Source of the DNA: Actinomycetota bacterium
GTDB lineage: Bacteria > Actinomycetota > Thermoleophilia > Gaiellales > Gaiellaceae
Direction: 5' to 3'
Assembly: GCA_003139545.1 (NCBI GenBank)
Contig: PLJC01000008.1
Span: 22,874-86,873 of the forward strand
DNA: 64,000 bases
Translations under genes and position numbers: made by a program
In this document: positions 38,449-49,585 of the stretch, piece after piece
How positions within the stretch are numbered: position 1 is the stretch's first letter
Layout: the number at the start of each line of letters is the position of its first letter
Notes under the pieces: model-generated
The model's database searches: none
What the model was told of the DNA's origin: nothing
Seen by the model: the letters and a program-made list of their open reading frames with translations, nothing else

Positions 38449-39405
38449 ATGGAGAAACGCACGCTGGGCCAGGGACTCGTCGTCTCCGAGCAGGGCCTCG
38501 GATGCATGGGCATGTCGGCCTTCTACGGCCAAAGTGACGACACGGAGTCGATCGCGACCATCCACCGGGCGCTCGAGCTCGGCATCACGTTCCTCGACAC
38601 CGCCGAGATGTACGGGCGCGGCGTGAACGAGGAGCTCGTCGGCCGCGCAATCAAGGGGCGCCGCGACGAGTTCGTCGTGGCGACGAAGTTCATCGGCGCG
38701 TTCAGCGACCGGCGGCCGGACGGTCGGCCCGAGTACATCCGAACGGCGATCGAGGGATCGCTGCAGCGGCTCGGCACCGACCACGTCGATCTCTACTACC
38801 AGCATCGAGTCGACCCTCAGACGCCGATCGAGGAGACCGTCGGCGCGATGGCAGAGCTCGTGGCCGCCGGCAAGGTGCGCCACCTCGGCCTCTCGGAGGC
38901 ATCGGCGGAGACGATCCGCCGCGCGCACGCGGTGCATCCGATCGCTGCGCTCCAGTCGGAGTACTCGCTGTGGACGCGCGACCCCGAAGGCCCGATCCTC
39001 GACACGCTGCGCGAGCTCGGCATCGGCCTCGTCGCCTACAGCCCGCTCGGCCGCGGCTTCCTCGCCGGCCGGTTCACGTCGCCCGACGAGCTCGACGACG
39101 GCGACTTCCGCAAGAACCATCCGCGGTTCACCGGGGAGAACCTCGAACGCAACGTGAAGCTGGCCGAGCACGTGAAGGCGCTCGCGGAGTCGAAGGGCGT
39201 GACGCCGGCGCAGGTGGCGATCGCCTGGGTCCTCTCGCGCGGCGACGACGTCGTCCCGATCCCCGGCACGCGCCGGCGGACGTATCTCGAGCAGAACGCA
39301 GCCGCGAGCGACATCGAGTTGACGGCGCAAGAGCTCGCGGAGCTGGACGAGATCGGCGAAGCTGCAGGCGACCGCTACTCCGACATGTCGGCCGTCAACC
39401 GCTAG
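38449..39405 (+). CDS. Aldo/keto reductase
   Basis: [28 protein letters not shown]. Confidence 0.95.
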   Translation: MEKRTLGQGLVVSEQGLGCMGMSAFYGQSDDTESIATIHRALELGITFLDTAEMYGRGVNEELVGRAIKGRRDEFVVATKFIGAFSDRRPDGRPEYIRTAIEGSLQRLGTDHVDLYYQHRVDPQTPIEETVGAMAELVAAGKVRHLGLSEASAETIRRAHAVHPIAALQSEYSLWTRDPEGPILDTLRELGIGLVAYSPLGRGFLAGRFTSPDELDDGDFRKNHPRFTGENLERNVKLAEHVKALAESKGVTPAQVAIAWVLSRGDDVVPIPGTRRRTYLEQNAAASDIELTAQELAELDEIGEAAGDRYSDMSAVNR

Positions 39406-39413
39406 GAGAGGCC

Positions 39414-39965
39414 ATGACCACACTCGAGAACCGGCCGAACACCGCACTCCTCGTCATCGACGTGCAGAACGGCGTCGTCAGTGGGACGCACGAGCGGGAC
39501 GCCGTCGTCGCGAACGTCGGCAGCCTCGTCGAGAAGGCGCGGCAGGAACAAGTGCCCGTCGTCTGGGTCCAGCAGACCGACGACAACTTCGCGAAGGGGA
39601 GCGACAACTGGCGGATCGTGCCCGAGCTGACGCCGGACGACGCAGAGCCACTCGTCGAGAAGAGCTACGCCGACTCCTTCGAAGAAACCCGCCTCGAGAC
39701 CGTACTGTCGGACCTCGGCGTGGGGCGACTCGTCGTCGTCGGCGCACAAACCGACGAGTGCATCCGCTCGACCCTCCACGGCGCGATCGTCAGGGGCTAC
39801 GACGCGACCCTCGTCAGCGACGCCCACACGACGGAAGACCAGTCAGCCTGGGGCGCGCCGACGCCGGACAAGGTGATCGCGCACACGAACCTGTACTGGA
39901 AGTTCCACACCGCGCCCGGGCGGACAGCCGGGACGGCCGAGACCAGCGACGTCGACTTCGGCTAA
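39414..39965 (+). CDS. Isochorismatase-family cysteine hydrolase
   Basis: LLVIDVQ, GAQTDECI, SDAHTT. Confidence 0.9.
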   Translation: MTTLENRPNTALLVIDVQNGVVSGTHERDAVVANVGSLVEKARQEQVPVVWVQQTDDNFAKGSDNWRIVPELTPDDAEPLVEKSYADSFEETRLETVLSDLGVGRLVVVGAQTDECIRSTLHGAIVRGYDATLVSDAHTTEDQSAWGAPTPDKVIAHTNLYWKFHTAPGRTAGTAETSDVDFG

Positions 39966-39971
39966 GAGGCT

Positions 39972-40481
39972 CTAAAGTCGGCCGCGGAGCTCGTCGAGCG
40001 CATCCCAGCGGGAGTCGCCGTGCTGCTCCTTGTGCGTATGCAGCTCGACGTTCAGGTCCTTGCCGCACACCGGGCACAGGCCGGCGCAGTCGGGGTCGTG
40101 CAGGATCTTGTCCGGCAGCTCGAGCGCAATCGCGTCGTGCGCCCACGCTGAGAGGTCGAGCACGTCGTCCGTGACGTACGGCGAGCGCAGGTCCTCGTCC
40201 TCCCCCGGCTTCGTCGCCTGGTATTCCTGGGCGTCGATCGCGATCTCCAGCACGCTGTCGGCGAGGCAGCGGAAGCACGGGCCTTCGAGGCGCACGCGGA
40301 ACTTCAGCTTCAAGACGGAGCCGGAGCTCGCCTTCGTCACAGTCAGCTGAGCTGGGACGAGCGCCGGGTCAGGCGCGTATGCCTGGCCGCCGAGCACGAG
40401 CGGCTCGATCTCCACGTCGACGCGCTCGTTGAACTGCTCTCCGATGCGCAGCCGGAGGTGCCGCAGGTTGAACGTGGTCAC
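39972..40481 (-). CDS. yceD: DUF177/YceD family protein
   Basis: CFRCL, CAGLCPVCGKDLN, DSRW. Confidence 0.9.
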   Translation of the reverse strand: MTTFNLRHLRLRIGEQFNERVDVEIEPLVLGGQAYAPDPALVPAQLTVTKASSGSVLKLKFRVRLEGPCFRCLADSVLEIAIDAQEYQATKPGEDEDLRSPYVTDDVLDLSAWAHDAIALELPDKILHDPDCAGLCPVCGKDLNVELHTHKEQHGDSRWDALDELRGRL

Positions 40482-40496
40482 GAACCTACGGTAGCG

Positions 40497-41432
40497 CTAC
40501 GCCGCAGCGCGCTCAGGCGCCGCTGAAGGCCTGCGCTGCGGAAGCTCTACGACGGTAGTAGGCGCCGGCCGGCGGGCCACGAGGATGAGCGCGACCGACG
40601 AGAGGACGATGAGCCCCGCGACGAGCTCGCGCGCGCCCAGATGCTCGCCGACGAGCGCCCAGCCGAGCACGACGGCGACGGCCGGGTTCACGTACGCGTA
40701 GGTGGAGAGCAGCGGCGTCGAGGCGTTCTTGAGCAGCCAGCCGTACGCGGTGTAGGCGAGGATCGACCCGAAGCCGACGAGGTAGGCGATCGAGCCGATG
40801 GAGGTGAGCGAGATCGCGCTCGGATGCACGCGGCCGAACTCGCCGGTCGCGCCGGCCAGGACGGCGAGCATGACTCCGGCGCACAGCATCTGCATGCCGG
40901 CGCTCAGCACGGAGCTGCCGGGTAGCGGAGCGACGCGTGCGTAGGCCGAGCCGGCCGCCCAGGCGAGCGCTCCGCCGAGGAGTACGAGCGTCCACAGTGG
41001 GTCGATCGTGCCGCCGCCGCCCGCGAGCAGACCGACGCCGGCGAGGCCGGCGAGGATTCCCGCGCCGGCGAGCAGCGGGATGCGGATACCGAAGAAGGCG
41101 CGGTCGATGACGGCCATGAAGAGGGGCACGCATCCGACGACGAGGGCGGCGAGGCCGGTGGCGACGTGCTTCTCGGCGAACGCGAGCGCGCCCGTCTCGA
41201 CGACGAGCAGAAGGCCGCCGACGCGGGCTGCGGCGCCCCACTGTCGGCGGCCCGGCCGCTCGGCGGCGACCTCACCGCGGCGGTGCGCCCAGGCGTACAG
41301 GAGCGCTCCGGCGATGAGGAAGCGGATGGAAAGCATGACCAGCGGCGGCAGCCCGCGCTCGGCCACGGCGATGCCGAGGTACGTCGATCCCCAGACGACG
41401 TAGACGAGACCAAGGGCGGCAGCGAGCTTCAT
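40497..41432 (-). CDS. EamA/DMT transporter
   Basis: VYVVWGSTY, YAYVNPAVA; about 10 TM. Confidence 0.9.
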   Translation of the reverse strand: MKLAAALGLVYVVWGSTYLGIAVAERGLPPLVMLSIRFLIAGALLYAWAHRRGEVAAERPGRRQWGAAARVGGLLLVVETGALAFAEKHVATGLAALVVGCVPLFMAVIDRAFFGIRIPLLAGAGILAGLAGVGLLAGGGGTIDPLWTLVLLGGALAWAAGSAYARVAPLPGSSVLSAGMQMLCAGVMLAVLAGATGEFGRVHPSAISLTSIGSIAYLVGFGSILAYTAYGWLLKNASTPLLSTYAYVNPAVAVVLGWALVGEHLGARELVAGLIVLSSVALILVARRPAPTTVVELPQRRPSAAPERAAA

Positions 41433-41489
41433 AGCTTCACCGTGCCTAGCCCTCTACTATTAGTGCAAATCGGGATATAATTGCTTAAC

Positions 41490-42422
41490 ATGAATAAACG
41501 TGATGGATTCCTCGGGCTCGAGCTGCGCCATCTGGCCGCGCTCGAAGCCGTCGGACGCACGCAGTCGTTCGGCCGCGCGGCGCGCGAGCTCGGCTACACG
41601 CAGTCGGCAGTGAGCCAGCAGATCGCGCACCTCGAGCGCGTCGTCGGGCAGCGGCTCGTCGTTCGCCCCGGCGGCCCGCGCCCCGTGTCCCTCACCGAGG
41701 CCGGGCAGCTCCTGCTCCGGCACGCGGACGCGATCGTCGCGCAGCTCGATGCGGCCCAGGCAGACATGGCCGCGCTGGCCGAAGGGGCGGCCGGCCCGCT
41801 CCGCGTCGGCATCCTCCAGAGCGTCGGCGCGCGCATCCTCCCCGCGCTGCTCCGGCGCTTCCGCGACGAGTGGCCGCGCGTCGAGGTGCAGGTGCACGAG
41901 GAAGCGGACGTCGCCGACCTGCTTCGCCTCGTCGAGCGCGGCGAGCTCGACCTCACGTTCGCGGAGCTGCCGCTGCCGGAGGGGCCGTTCGAGTCGCGGG
42001 AGGTCCTCCGCGATCCCTACGTGCTGCTCGTGTCCGCCAAGTCGGAGCTCGCCGAACGGGACAGCCTCCCGCTCCGCTCGCTTTCCGGAATGCCGCTGAT
42101 CGGCTGGCGGACGTCGGGGGAGCCCGACCGCTTCCTGCGCGGGCACGTCTCGGACATCAACGTGGTCTTCCGCACCGACGACAACGGGACGCTCATGTCG
42201 CTCGTCGCCGAGGGCCTCGGCGCGGCGGTCGTCCCCTACCTCGTCGTCAACCCGCGCAACCAGGCGCTCGTCGCAGTGCCGCTCGGCGGACGCCTACCGC
42301 CGCGTGTACTCGGGGTCGTGTGGCACCGCGACCGCTATCGCTCCGCCGCGTCGCACGCGTTCGTCGACCTCGCGGCCGAGCTCGGCGCCGACTACATGAC
42401 TCGCGCCAAGGCCGGAGCGTAA
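41490..42422 (+). CDS. LysR-family regulator
   Basis: SFGRAARELGYTQSAVSQQI; divergent from EamA; TATAAT at 41476. Confidence 0.93.
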   Translation: MNKRDGFLGLELRHLAALEAVGRTQSFGRAARELGYTQSAVSQQIAHLERVVGQRLVVRPGGPRPVSLTEAGQLLLRHADAIVAQLDAAQADMAALAEGAAGPLRVGILQSVGARILPALLRRFRDEWPRVEVQVHEEADVADLLRLVERGELDLTFAELPLPEGPFESREVLRDPYVLLVSAKSELAERDSLPLRSLSGMPLIGWRTSGEPDRFLRGHVSDINVVFRTDDNGTLMSLVAEGLGAAVVPYLVVNPRNQALVAVPLGGRLPPRVLGVVWHRDRYRSAASHAFVDLAAELGADYMTRAKAGA

Positions 42423-42510
42423 GCCGGAGGCTTACGCTCAGGCGGACTAGCGGCCGGGGATGGCCGTAGGCCACCACCGGCCGCGCAGCACGTCCATCCG
42501 CTTGACGCTA

Positions 42511-42597
42511 GATCAAAGCTCGGCGGCTTCGCCGACGAGCGATTCCCGCGAAGCGGCGCATCCTTTGATCGCGCGAAGTGCGCAGCACTTCGCGCGA
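42511..42597. repeat. REP-like hairpin cluster
   Basis: GATCAAAG...CTTTGATC and TCGCGCGAAGTGC-GCA-GCACTTCGCGCGA. Confidence 0.55.
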
Positions 42598-42600
42598 GGG

Positions 42601-43107
42601 CTAGTAGCCGAGATCGTCCGCGGCGCCGTCCGTCGGGCCGATGCCCGCGACGACGGTCTCCTGCGAACGTTCGTGCAGCCGCTCGCGCCCGCGTTTCACC
42701 GCGGACAGGAACTTGTCCAGGTTGACCTCGAGCGTCGAGAGGATGCCGTCGGCCCAGTCCTCCATCTCGAGGCGAGTTTCCCGCGCTTGTCTGCGGGCGT
42801 CGTCGACGATGTCCTGCGCCTGATGCTCGGCGATCTTCACGATCTCGGTCTGCGACGCCTCGCGCACCGCCTGCTCGCGCGCCTCGGCCAGCAGCCGGTC
42901 GACCTCGCGTTTCGCCTCCGCGAGCATCTCCTGCCGCTCCTTCACGATCCAGCGCGCCTGCTTGATCTCTTCCGGGATGGTCGCGCGCATCTGGTCGAGG
43001 ATGTCGTAGATCTCCTCGCGGTCGATGCGAACCTGGTCGGTGAGAGGGACGGCCTTCGCGTTGTGCACGAGGTCGTCGAGCTTGTCGATGAGAACGAGGA
43101 CGTCCAT
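42601..43107 (-). CDS. Conserved coiled-coil protein downstream of coaD (DivIVA/ATP synthase b-like)
   Basis: MDVLVLIDKL..PEEIKQARW; context. Confidence 0.8.
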   Translation of the reverse strand: MDVLVLIDKLDDLVHNAKAVPLTDQVRIDREEIYDILDQMRATIPEEIKQARWIVKERQEMLAEAKREVDRLLAEAREQAVREASQTEIVKIAEHQAQDIVDDARRQARETRLEMEDWADGILSTLEVNLDKFLSAVKRGRERLHERSQETVVAGIGPTDGAADDLGY

Positions 43108-43133
43108 GGTTTCCAGTTTAGCCCGTGGGGCTG

Positions 43134-43645
<512 letters not shown>

Positions 43646-43649
<4 letters not shown>

Positions 43650-44176
43650 TTCTCGTACACCGTCACGCGCGTCTGACCGTACTTCCGCGAGGTGCGTTCC
43701 TCGAGCGGCAGCTCCGGTTGCGTGCGCGCATCCGTCTCGACGACGAGCATCCCGTCGTCCTCGAGGATGGCGGGGAGATAACGCGCAAGCTGGGGCTGGA
43801 GGTCGGTGTACATGTCGTACGGGGGGTCGACGAGGACGAGATCGTACTTCCTGCCTGCGGAGGCTTCGGCGGAGAGCACCGCGATCGCGTCGCGGCGCAG
43901 GACGGTCGCCTGCAGCTTGAGCTTGTCGAGGTTCCGCTCGATCGCGCGCACGGCGTCCCCGTCCGACTCGACGAAGACCGCCCGCGCGGCGCCGCGCGAG
44001 AGCGCCTCGAGCCCCATCGCGCCCGAGCCGGCGTAGAGGTCGAGGACGGCCGCGCCATCCACGGGGCCGACGATGTTGAACACGTTCTCGCGCACGCGAT
44101 CCGAGGTCGGACGGGTGTCCTGCCCCGCCGGAGCGTTGATGGTGTGGCCCCTGTGGGAGCCGGCGATGATCCGCAC
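43646..44176 (-). CDS. rsmD: 16S rRNA m2G966 methyltransferase
   Basis: TRPTSDRVRE, DLYAGSG, DPPY. Confidence 0.95.
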
Positions 44177-44185
44177 GCGCGAAGC

Positions 44186-45079
44186 TTATGGATACGCGAG
44201 GCAGGCGTCGTGCGACGACGGCGCGACGCGCACCTTCTCGAGCACGCGTCCGTTCGCATCGAGGACGCACAGCGTCCCCTCGTCGAGCGACGGCGTGAGC
44301 ACACGGCCCGCCGCGAACTGCACGTTGTAGGAGCCAACGGGGATCCGCGTCGTCGTCAGGAGCCGCGCGGTCGGCTCGTGGTAGACGCGCAGCGTCCCGG
44401 ACGCGCCGCTCGTCACATACGCGCGGTCGCCGAGGAACGTCACGTGCTGCGGCGCGCCGTCCGCCGGAAGCGTCGGCCCGCCGTGCACTGCGATCGTGCT
44501 CGCCTCGCCGCCGGTGATCCACGCGCGCCCGCTGGGCGCGAAGCCGACGTCGTGCGCAAGAAACGGCGGCTTGACAGTCGCCGTGTGCCGCGGCCGGGCC
44601 GGGTCGGAGACGTCCACGACCGCGATCGCGTTCGAGGCAGTCCCGAGCCCAACCCACAGCGTGCGTCCGTCCGGCGCAAGTGACACATGACGCGGCCACT
44701 GCGACAGCTTCACGCGGCCGACGACGACGCCGCGCAGGACGTCGATCGCGACGAGCTCCGTGTGCCCCGAGTCGCTCACGAACGCGTGCCGGCCGTCGTG
44801 CGCGGCGGCGGTGTAGCGAGGCTCCCCAAATCCCTCGATCACATGCCGCTCGAGCACAGTCACGCGACCGGTAACGGTGTGCGCGACGACGGCATGGTCG
44901 CCGACGCGCTCGATGCTGAACGGCGACGGCGCCGTCGGGATGCGGCGATAGACGTGCCCGGTCGTCATCCCGACGAGAACAACCTGCGACTCCGTGTCGG
45001 CCGTGACGTACGCGAGCGGCTCGTGCGCGAGGACGGCCGGAGCCGCCGCAATGGCGAGAAGGAACTGACGCCGGTCCAC
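44186..45079 (-). CDS. YncE-like beta-propeller protein, Tat-like signal
   Basis: DRRQFLL start; repeated propeller blades. Confidence 0.7.
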   Translation of the reverse strand: MDRRQFLLAIAAAPAVLAHEPLAYVTADTESQVVLVGMTTGHVYRRIPTAPSPFSIERVGDHAVVAHTVTGRVTVLERHVIEGFGEPRYTAAAHDGRHAFVSDSGHTELVAIDVLRGVVVGRVKLSQWPRHVSLAPDGRTLWVGLGTASNAIAVVDVSDPARPRHTATVKPPFLAHDVGFAPSGRAWITGGEASTIAVHGGPTLPADGAPQHVTFLGDRAYVTSGASGTLRVYHEPTARLLTTTRIPVGSYNVQFAAGRVLTPSLDEGTLCVLDANGRVLEKVRVAPSSHDACLAYP

Positions 45080-45100
45080 CCTGTCTATACGGTGCCGCGC

Positions 45101-46312
45101 GTGGAAACGGTCCCTCTTCGGAAGAACCGCGACTTCGTCCTGCTCCAGGCAGGCCAGCTGCTGTCGAACGTCGGGACGCAGGTGACGCAGATCGCGTACC
45201 CGTTGCTCGTGCTCGCGCTCACGCACTCGCCGGCGAAAGCCGGGATCGTCGCCTTCGCGCGCGCCCTTCCGCTCTGGCTGTTCGCGCTTCCCGCCGGGCT
45301 CGCGGCCGACCGGTTCAGCCGGAAGCGGATCATGATCGTCTCCGACGTCGTCCGTACCGCGACCGTGACCGCGCTCGGCGTCGGCCTGGTCCTCCATCAC
45401 GTCGCCTTCTGGGAGATCCCGATCGTCGCGTTCGTCGAGGGCGCCGGCGCGGCGCTCTTCGGCGGCGCACAGATGGGAGCGATGCGCTCGGTCGTCCCGA
45501 GGCCGCAACTCCCAATGGCGACGAACGTCCTCACCGCCCGCACGGCGATCGTGCGGCTCGCCGGGCCGCCACTCGGCGGCGTCCTCTTCGGCTTCGGCCG
45601 CGCGCTGCCGTTCCTCGCGGATGCCGGCTCCTACGCGGCGTCGACCGGGTCGCTCCTCGCGATGCGCACGCGGTTCGAGGAGGAGCGCGAGCGCGAGTCC
45701 GCGCCGATCGTGCACAGCCTGCTGGAGGGCTTCCGCTTCCTCTGGTCGAGCCCGTTCCTGCGGACGATCGTCGGCATCTTCACCCTGGCGCAGATCGTCT
45801 TCCCCGGCGTGTCGCTCGCGCTCGTCGTCATCGCCAAGCGGCAAGGGCTTTCGGGCGCAGAGATCGGTGCGCTCGTCGCCGTCTTCGGCGCCGCTCTCCT
45901 GGTTGGCTCTGCGATCTCGCCGTTCATGCGCACACTGCTCCCGTCGCGGGCGCTCATCGTGCTCGAGTTCTGGACGTGGGCCGGCTGCGCGCTCTTTCTC
46001 ATCTGGCCGAGCGTCTATGTGCTGACGGCGAGCCTCATCCCCACGGCGCTCGCGATTCCGACAACCGACTCGATCGTCTGGCCGTACCAGCTCTCGCTCA
46101 CGCCGGACCGGCTGATCGGCCGCACGACGGCGGCGGTCAGCGCCCTGACCGGCGGCACCGCCGCGCTCGGGCCGCTCGTGGCCGGACTCCTGCTCGCAAC
46201 CGTCTCCGCTCGCGCGACGATCGCCGTGTTCGCGGCGTTCGGCGTGGCGATGGCCGTCTGGGGGACGCTCAGCCCAGCGATTCGAGCAGCGCCGGCGATC
46301 GACGAGCTATAG
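45101..46312 (+). CDS. MFS transporter
   Basis: GLAADRFSRK motif A; about 12 TM. Confidence 0.9.
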   Translation: METVPLRKNRDFVLLQAGQLLSNVGTQVTQIAYPLLVLALTHSPAKAGIVAFARALPLWLFALPAGLAADRFSRKRIMIVSDVVRTATVTALGVGLVLHHVAFWEIPIVAFVEGAGAALFGGAQMGAMRSVVPRPQLPMATNVLTARTAIVRLAGPPLGGVLFGFGRALPFLADAGSYAASTGSLLAMRTRFEEERERESAPIVHSLLEGFRFLWSSPFLRTIVGIFTLAQIVFPGVSLALVVIAKRQGLSGAEIGALVAVFGAALLVGSAISPFMRTLLPSRALIVLEFWTWAGCALFLIWPSVYVLTASLIPTALAIPTTDSIVWPYQLSLTPDRLIGRTTAAVSALTGGTAALGPLVAGLLLATVSARATIAVFAAFGVAMAVWGTLSPAIRAAPAIDEL

Positions 46313-48302
46313 CGCGCGCCTGCTCGAGCAACGCCCGGTCACGCTTGAAGTTGGCGAAGCGGAGGTCCGACATCCCGGACTGGCGCGTGCCGAGCAGCTG
46401 GCCGGTGCTGCGCAGGTCGAGGTCGACCTCGGCGAGCTCGAAGCCGTCCGTCGTCGCGACGAGCGCGTCGAGGCGCTTCTGTGCCGACTCCGTGAGCTCC
46501 TCCGTCGGCCGGGAGACGAGGACGCAGAACGACTGCTCGGCGCCGCGGCCGACACGTCCGCGCAGCTGGTGGAGCTGGGCGAGGCCGAAGCGGTCGGCCT
46601 CCTGCACGATCATCACGGTCGCGTTCGGCACGTCCACGCCGACCTCGATCACGGTCGTCGCGACGAGAACGTCGATCTCCCCCGCCTTGAAGCGCGCCAT
46701 CGTCGTGCGCCGCTCCGCCGCCTTCTGGCGGCCGTGCACGCATCCGACGCGGAAGTCACGCAGCTCCGCCCGCTGCAGCCGCTCGGCTTCCTCCTCCGCC
46801 GCTCGAGCGCGCGAGGTCTCCGACTGCTCGATGAGCGGACAGACGACGTACGCCTGGCGGCCTTCGCGCAACAGGCGCGTCAGACGCGTATACGCCTCCG
46901 ACGCGCGCTCCTCGCCGATGTGCGAGGTGACCACCGGCTTGCGCGACGCCGGCGGCTTCGCGATCTCCGACACGGCGAGGTCGCCGTAGATCGTCAGCGC
47001 AAGCGTGCGCGGGATCGGTGTCGCCGTCATGTGCAACACGTGCGGCCCGCGCCCCTGGGCGAGCGCCTGCCGTTGCTCCACGCCGAAGCGGTGTTGCTCG
47101 TCGACGACGGCGACCGCGAGATCGCGTAGCTCGACGCCCTCCTGAATGAGCGCGTGCGTGCCGACGACGACGTCGGCGCCGAGCGCACTCACACGGTCGC
47201 GCTTCGGAGTCGCGTTCGTGAGCAAGCCGCACGACACGCCGAGCGCGAGGCACAGATCCGAGACGGTGTTGAAGTGCTGTTCGGCGAGCGTCTCCGTCGG
47301 GGCCATGAGCGCGCCCTGCCTCCCGTTCTCGACCGCGCGCAGCAATGCGTACAACGCGACGACGGTCTTGCCGGAGCCGACGTCGCCCTGCAAGAGGCGC
47401 TGCATCGGCACGGTGCGCGTGAGGTCGGCGTCGATCTCGCGGATGGCCTGCTCCTGGTATGGCGTCAACGCGAACGGGAGGGATTTGCGATAGCGGACGA
47501 TCAGGTCTCCCGCCTCGCCGAGTGATGGTGCGAGCGTGCGCTCGCGCTCGGCGGCGCGGCGCGCGATGCCGATCTGGAGCAGCAGCAGCTCGTCGAACGC
47601 GAGCCGCCTCCGGCCGATCTCCGCCTCGTCCTCGCTCTGCGGCCGGTGGATGACCGCGAGCGCGTCGCGCTTGAGCGGCATCGACTCGTCGGCGCGGAGC
47701 GCCGCCGGCAGCGGATCGAAATAGTCGGAGACGTGCGGGAGCGCCGCTTCGACGACGCGGCGCACGGTCTTCGCCGCGATCTCCTCAGCTGCGGGATACA
47801 CCGGCGCGAAGTCGGCGGTCGCGCGAGCCTCGCCGAGATCGTACGAGCGCACGTCGAAGCCGTAGCGACCGGTCTTCCCGCGCAACCGGACACGCATTCC
47901 GGGCTTCAGCTGGTCGGCGATCCAGGGCTGGTTGAACCACGTGGCGCCGATGGTCGCCGTGCCGTCGGAGACGCGCGCGGTGACGAGCGTGCGCCGCCCC
48001 CGCAGCGGGCGCTTCGAGACGTTGAGGACGTCGCCGACGATCACGACCTCCTCGTCGCCGTGCAGCTCGGCGATCGCGACCTCGTCGGCCGCGTTCTCGT
48101 AGCGGCGGGGCACGTGCTCGAGCAGGTCGCGCACCGTGCCGATGCCGAGGCTCGCGAGCTTCCGCCTCAGCGTCGCGCCGACGCCGGGAAGGGAGTCGAG
48201 CGACGCCTCCAACCGCTGCGGGCGGGGCCTCCCACGGGTCGCCGGCCAGGCCGGTGGTTGGTCCAGCCTTGCAAACGCCGTCTGTCGACGGGTCTCGGTC
48301 AT
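46269..48302 (-). CDS. recG: ATP-dependent DNA helicase RecG
   Basis: GDVGSGKT, DEQH, TATPIPRT, QLRGRVGR. Confidence 0.96.
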   Translation of the reverse strand: MTETRRQTAFARLDQPPAWPATRGRPRPQRLEASLDSLPGVGATLRRKLASLGIGTVRDLLEHVPRRYENAADEVAIAELHGDEEVVIVGDVLNVSKRPLRGRRTLVTARVSDGTATIGATWFNQPWIADQLKPGMRVRLRGKTGRYGFDVRSYDLGEARATADFAPVYPAAEEIAAKTVRRVVEAALPHVSDYFDPLPAALRADESMPLKRDALAVIHRPQSEDEAEIGRRRLAFDELLLLQIGIARRAAERERTLAPSLGEAGDLIVRYRKSLPFALTPYQEQAIREIDADLTRTVPMQRLLQGDVGSGKTVVALYALLRAVENGRQGALMAPTETLAEQHFNTVSDLCLALGVSCGLLTNATPKRDRVSALGADVVVGTHALIQEGVELRDLAVAVVDEQHRFGVEQRQALAQGRGPHVLHMTATPIPRTLALTIYGDLAVSEIAKPPASRKPVVTSHIGEERASEAYTRLTRLLREGRQAYVVCPLIEQSETSRARAAEEEAERLQRAELRDFRVGCVHGRQKAAERRTTMARFKAGEIDVLVATTVIEVGVDVPNATVMIVQEADRFGLAQLHQLRGRVGRGAEQSFCVLVSRPTEELTESAQKRLDALVATTDGFELAEVDLDLRSTGQLLGTRQSGMSDLRFANFKRDRALLEQARAIARRSPALLESLG

Positions 48303-48351
48303 CGTGCTCAGCGCCAGAGCGAGAGTGACACTAAAAGCCGGACCGGACGGA

Positions 48352-49197
48352 CTAGATGTCGGTGAACCAAAAGAGGCCGACGGTCCCGGGCCCTGCGTGC
48401 GTGCCGATGACCGCGCCCAGCTCCGTCTCGACCTCGAGCGTCGCCTGCGGCCGCAGGTCGCGGACCATCTTCGCGAGCTCGGCCGCGCGCTCGGGAGCAT
48501 CCGCGTGCGCCGTGCCGAAGCGCAGAGCAGGACTGTCGATCGTTCCTTCGACTTCGTCGACGAACTCCTGGAATGCCTTCCGGTTTCCGCGCACTCGCTT
48601 GACCGGGATCACCTCGCCGTTGCGGATGGACAGGATCGGCTTGACGTGCAGCAGCTCGCCGGCGAACGCCCTCGCACGCCCGATGCGTCCGCCGCGCGCA
48701 AGGAACTCGAGCGTGTCGACGGTGAAAAGCATCGCATGGTCGTCCTTGTACCGCGCCACGAGCTCGTACACCTCTTCGTCCGTCGTGCCGCGCTCAAGCC
48801 GCCGCTGGATCGCGAGCGCGAGCATTGTGATCGCGACCGACGCGGTCTCCGTGTCGATCGTCCGAACGCGGTCGTCGGCCGCGAGGTTCGCGCTCTCATA
48901 CGTGCCGGAGAGGGTCGCCCCGATGTGAAGCGAGAAGATGCGCTCATACGAGCCAAGCTCGTCGTACATGGCCTTGAAGTCGCCCGGCGTCGGCTGCGAG
49001 GTCGTCGGCGTCGCCTGCGTCGTGCGAAGGCGCTCGTAGAACTGCGTCGCAGTCATCTCGACGCCGTCCCGGTAGCTCTCGGTGCCGAAGTTGACATAGA
49101 GCGGGACGACGCGCCAGTTCGGGAAGCGATCGGCTGCATCGGGAAAGTCCGCCGTCGAGTCGAGGACGATCGCCGTGTTCGCGGCGTTCAGATTCAC
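48352..49197 (-). CDS. DegV/FakB fatty acid-binding protein
   Basis: DSTAD, TSQP, LSGTY, GGRIG, HAGPG. Confidence 0.93.
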   Translation of the reverse strand: MNLNAANTAIVLDSTADFPDAADRFPNWRVVPLYVNFGTESYRDGVEMTATQFYERLRTTQATPTTSQPTPGDFKAMYDELGSYERIFSLHIGATLSGTYESANLAADDRVRTIDTETASVAITMLALAIQRRLERGTTDEEVYELVARYKDDHAMLFTVDTLEFLARGGRIGRARAFAGELLHVKPILSIRNGEVIPVKRVRGNRKAFQEFVDEVEGTIDSPALRFGTAHADAPERAAELAKMVRDLRPQATLEVETELGAVIGTHAGPGTVGLFWFTDI

Positions 49198-49574
49198 GTG
49201 CGTCCGTTGGCGGCGTTCTTGATCGCGTCGACGATCTCCTCCAGCTCCTGGTCCTTGCGCAGGCACGCGGTCGCCCCGGCCTCCCGCAACGCGTTGATCT
49301 CATGTCCGCCAGCGGAGGCGGTGAGGCACACGACCGCAGTCTGCGGGCACGCGGCGAGCACCGCCCGCGTGGCCTGCACGCCGTCGAGGCCCGGGAGGCG
49401 GTAGTCCATCAGCACGACGTCGGGCCGGTGCTCGACGGTCGCGGGAACGGCAGCGCCGCCGTCACCGACCGACGCGACCACGTCGATGTCGTCGCGAAGC
49501 GAGAACAACAGCTCGAGCGCTTCGCGGAACACCGCATTGTCCTCCACGAGGAGGATCCGCACGGGCGCCACCAC
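49194..49574 (-). CDS. Stand-alone response regulator receiver
   Basis: LLVEDN, VLMD, LTA, LRK; no output domain. Confidence 0.88.
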   Translation of the reverse strand: MVAPVRILLVEDNAVFREALELLFSLRDDIDVVASVGDGGAAVPATVEHRPDVVLMDYRLPGLDGVQATRAVLAACPQTAVVCLTASAGGHEINALREAGATACLRKDQELEEIVDAIKNAANGRT

Positions 49575-49585
49575 TGCTACGGAGA

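Noticed and set aside
42448..42498. Minus-strand peptide MDVLRGRWWPTAIPGR as a Trp attenuator leader
   Set aside because: No co-directional biosynthetic gene follows; it faces the convergent LysR gene.
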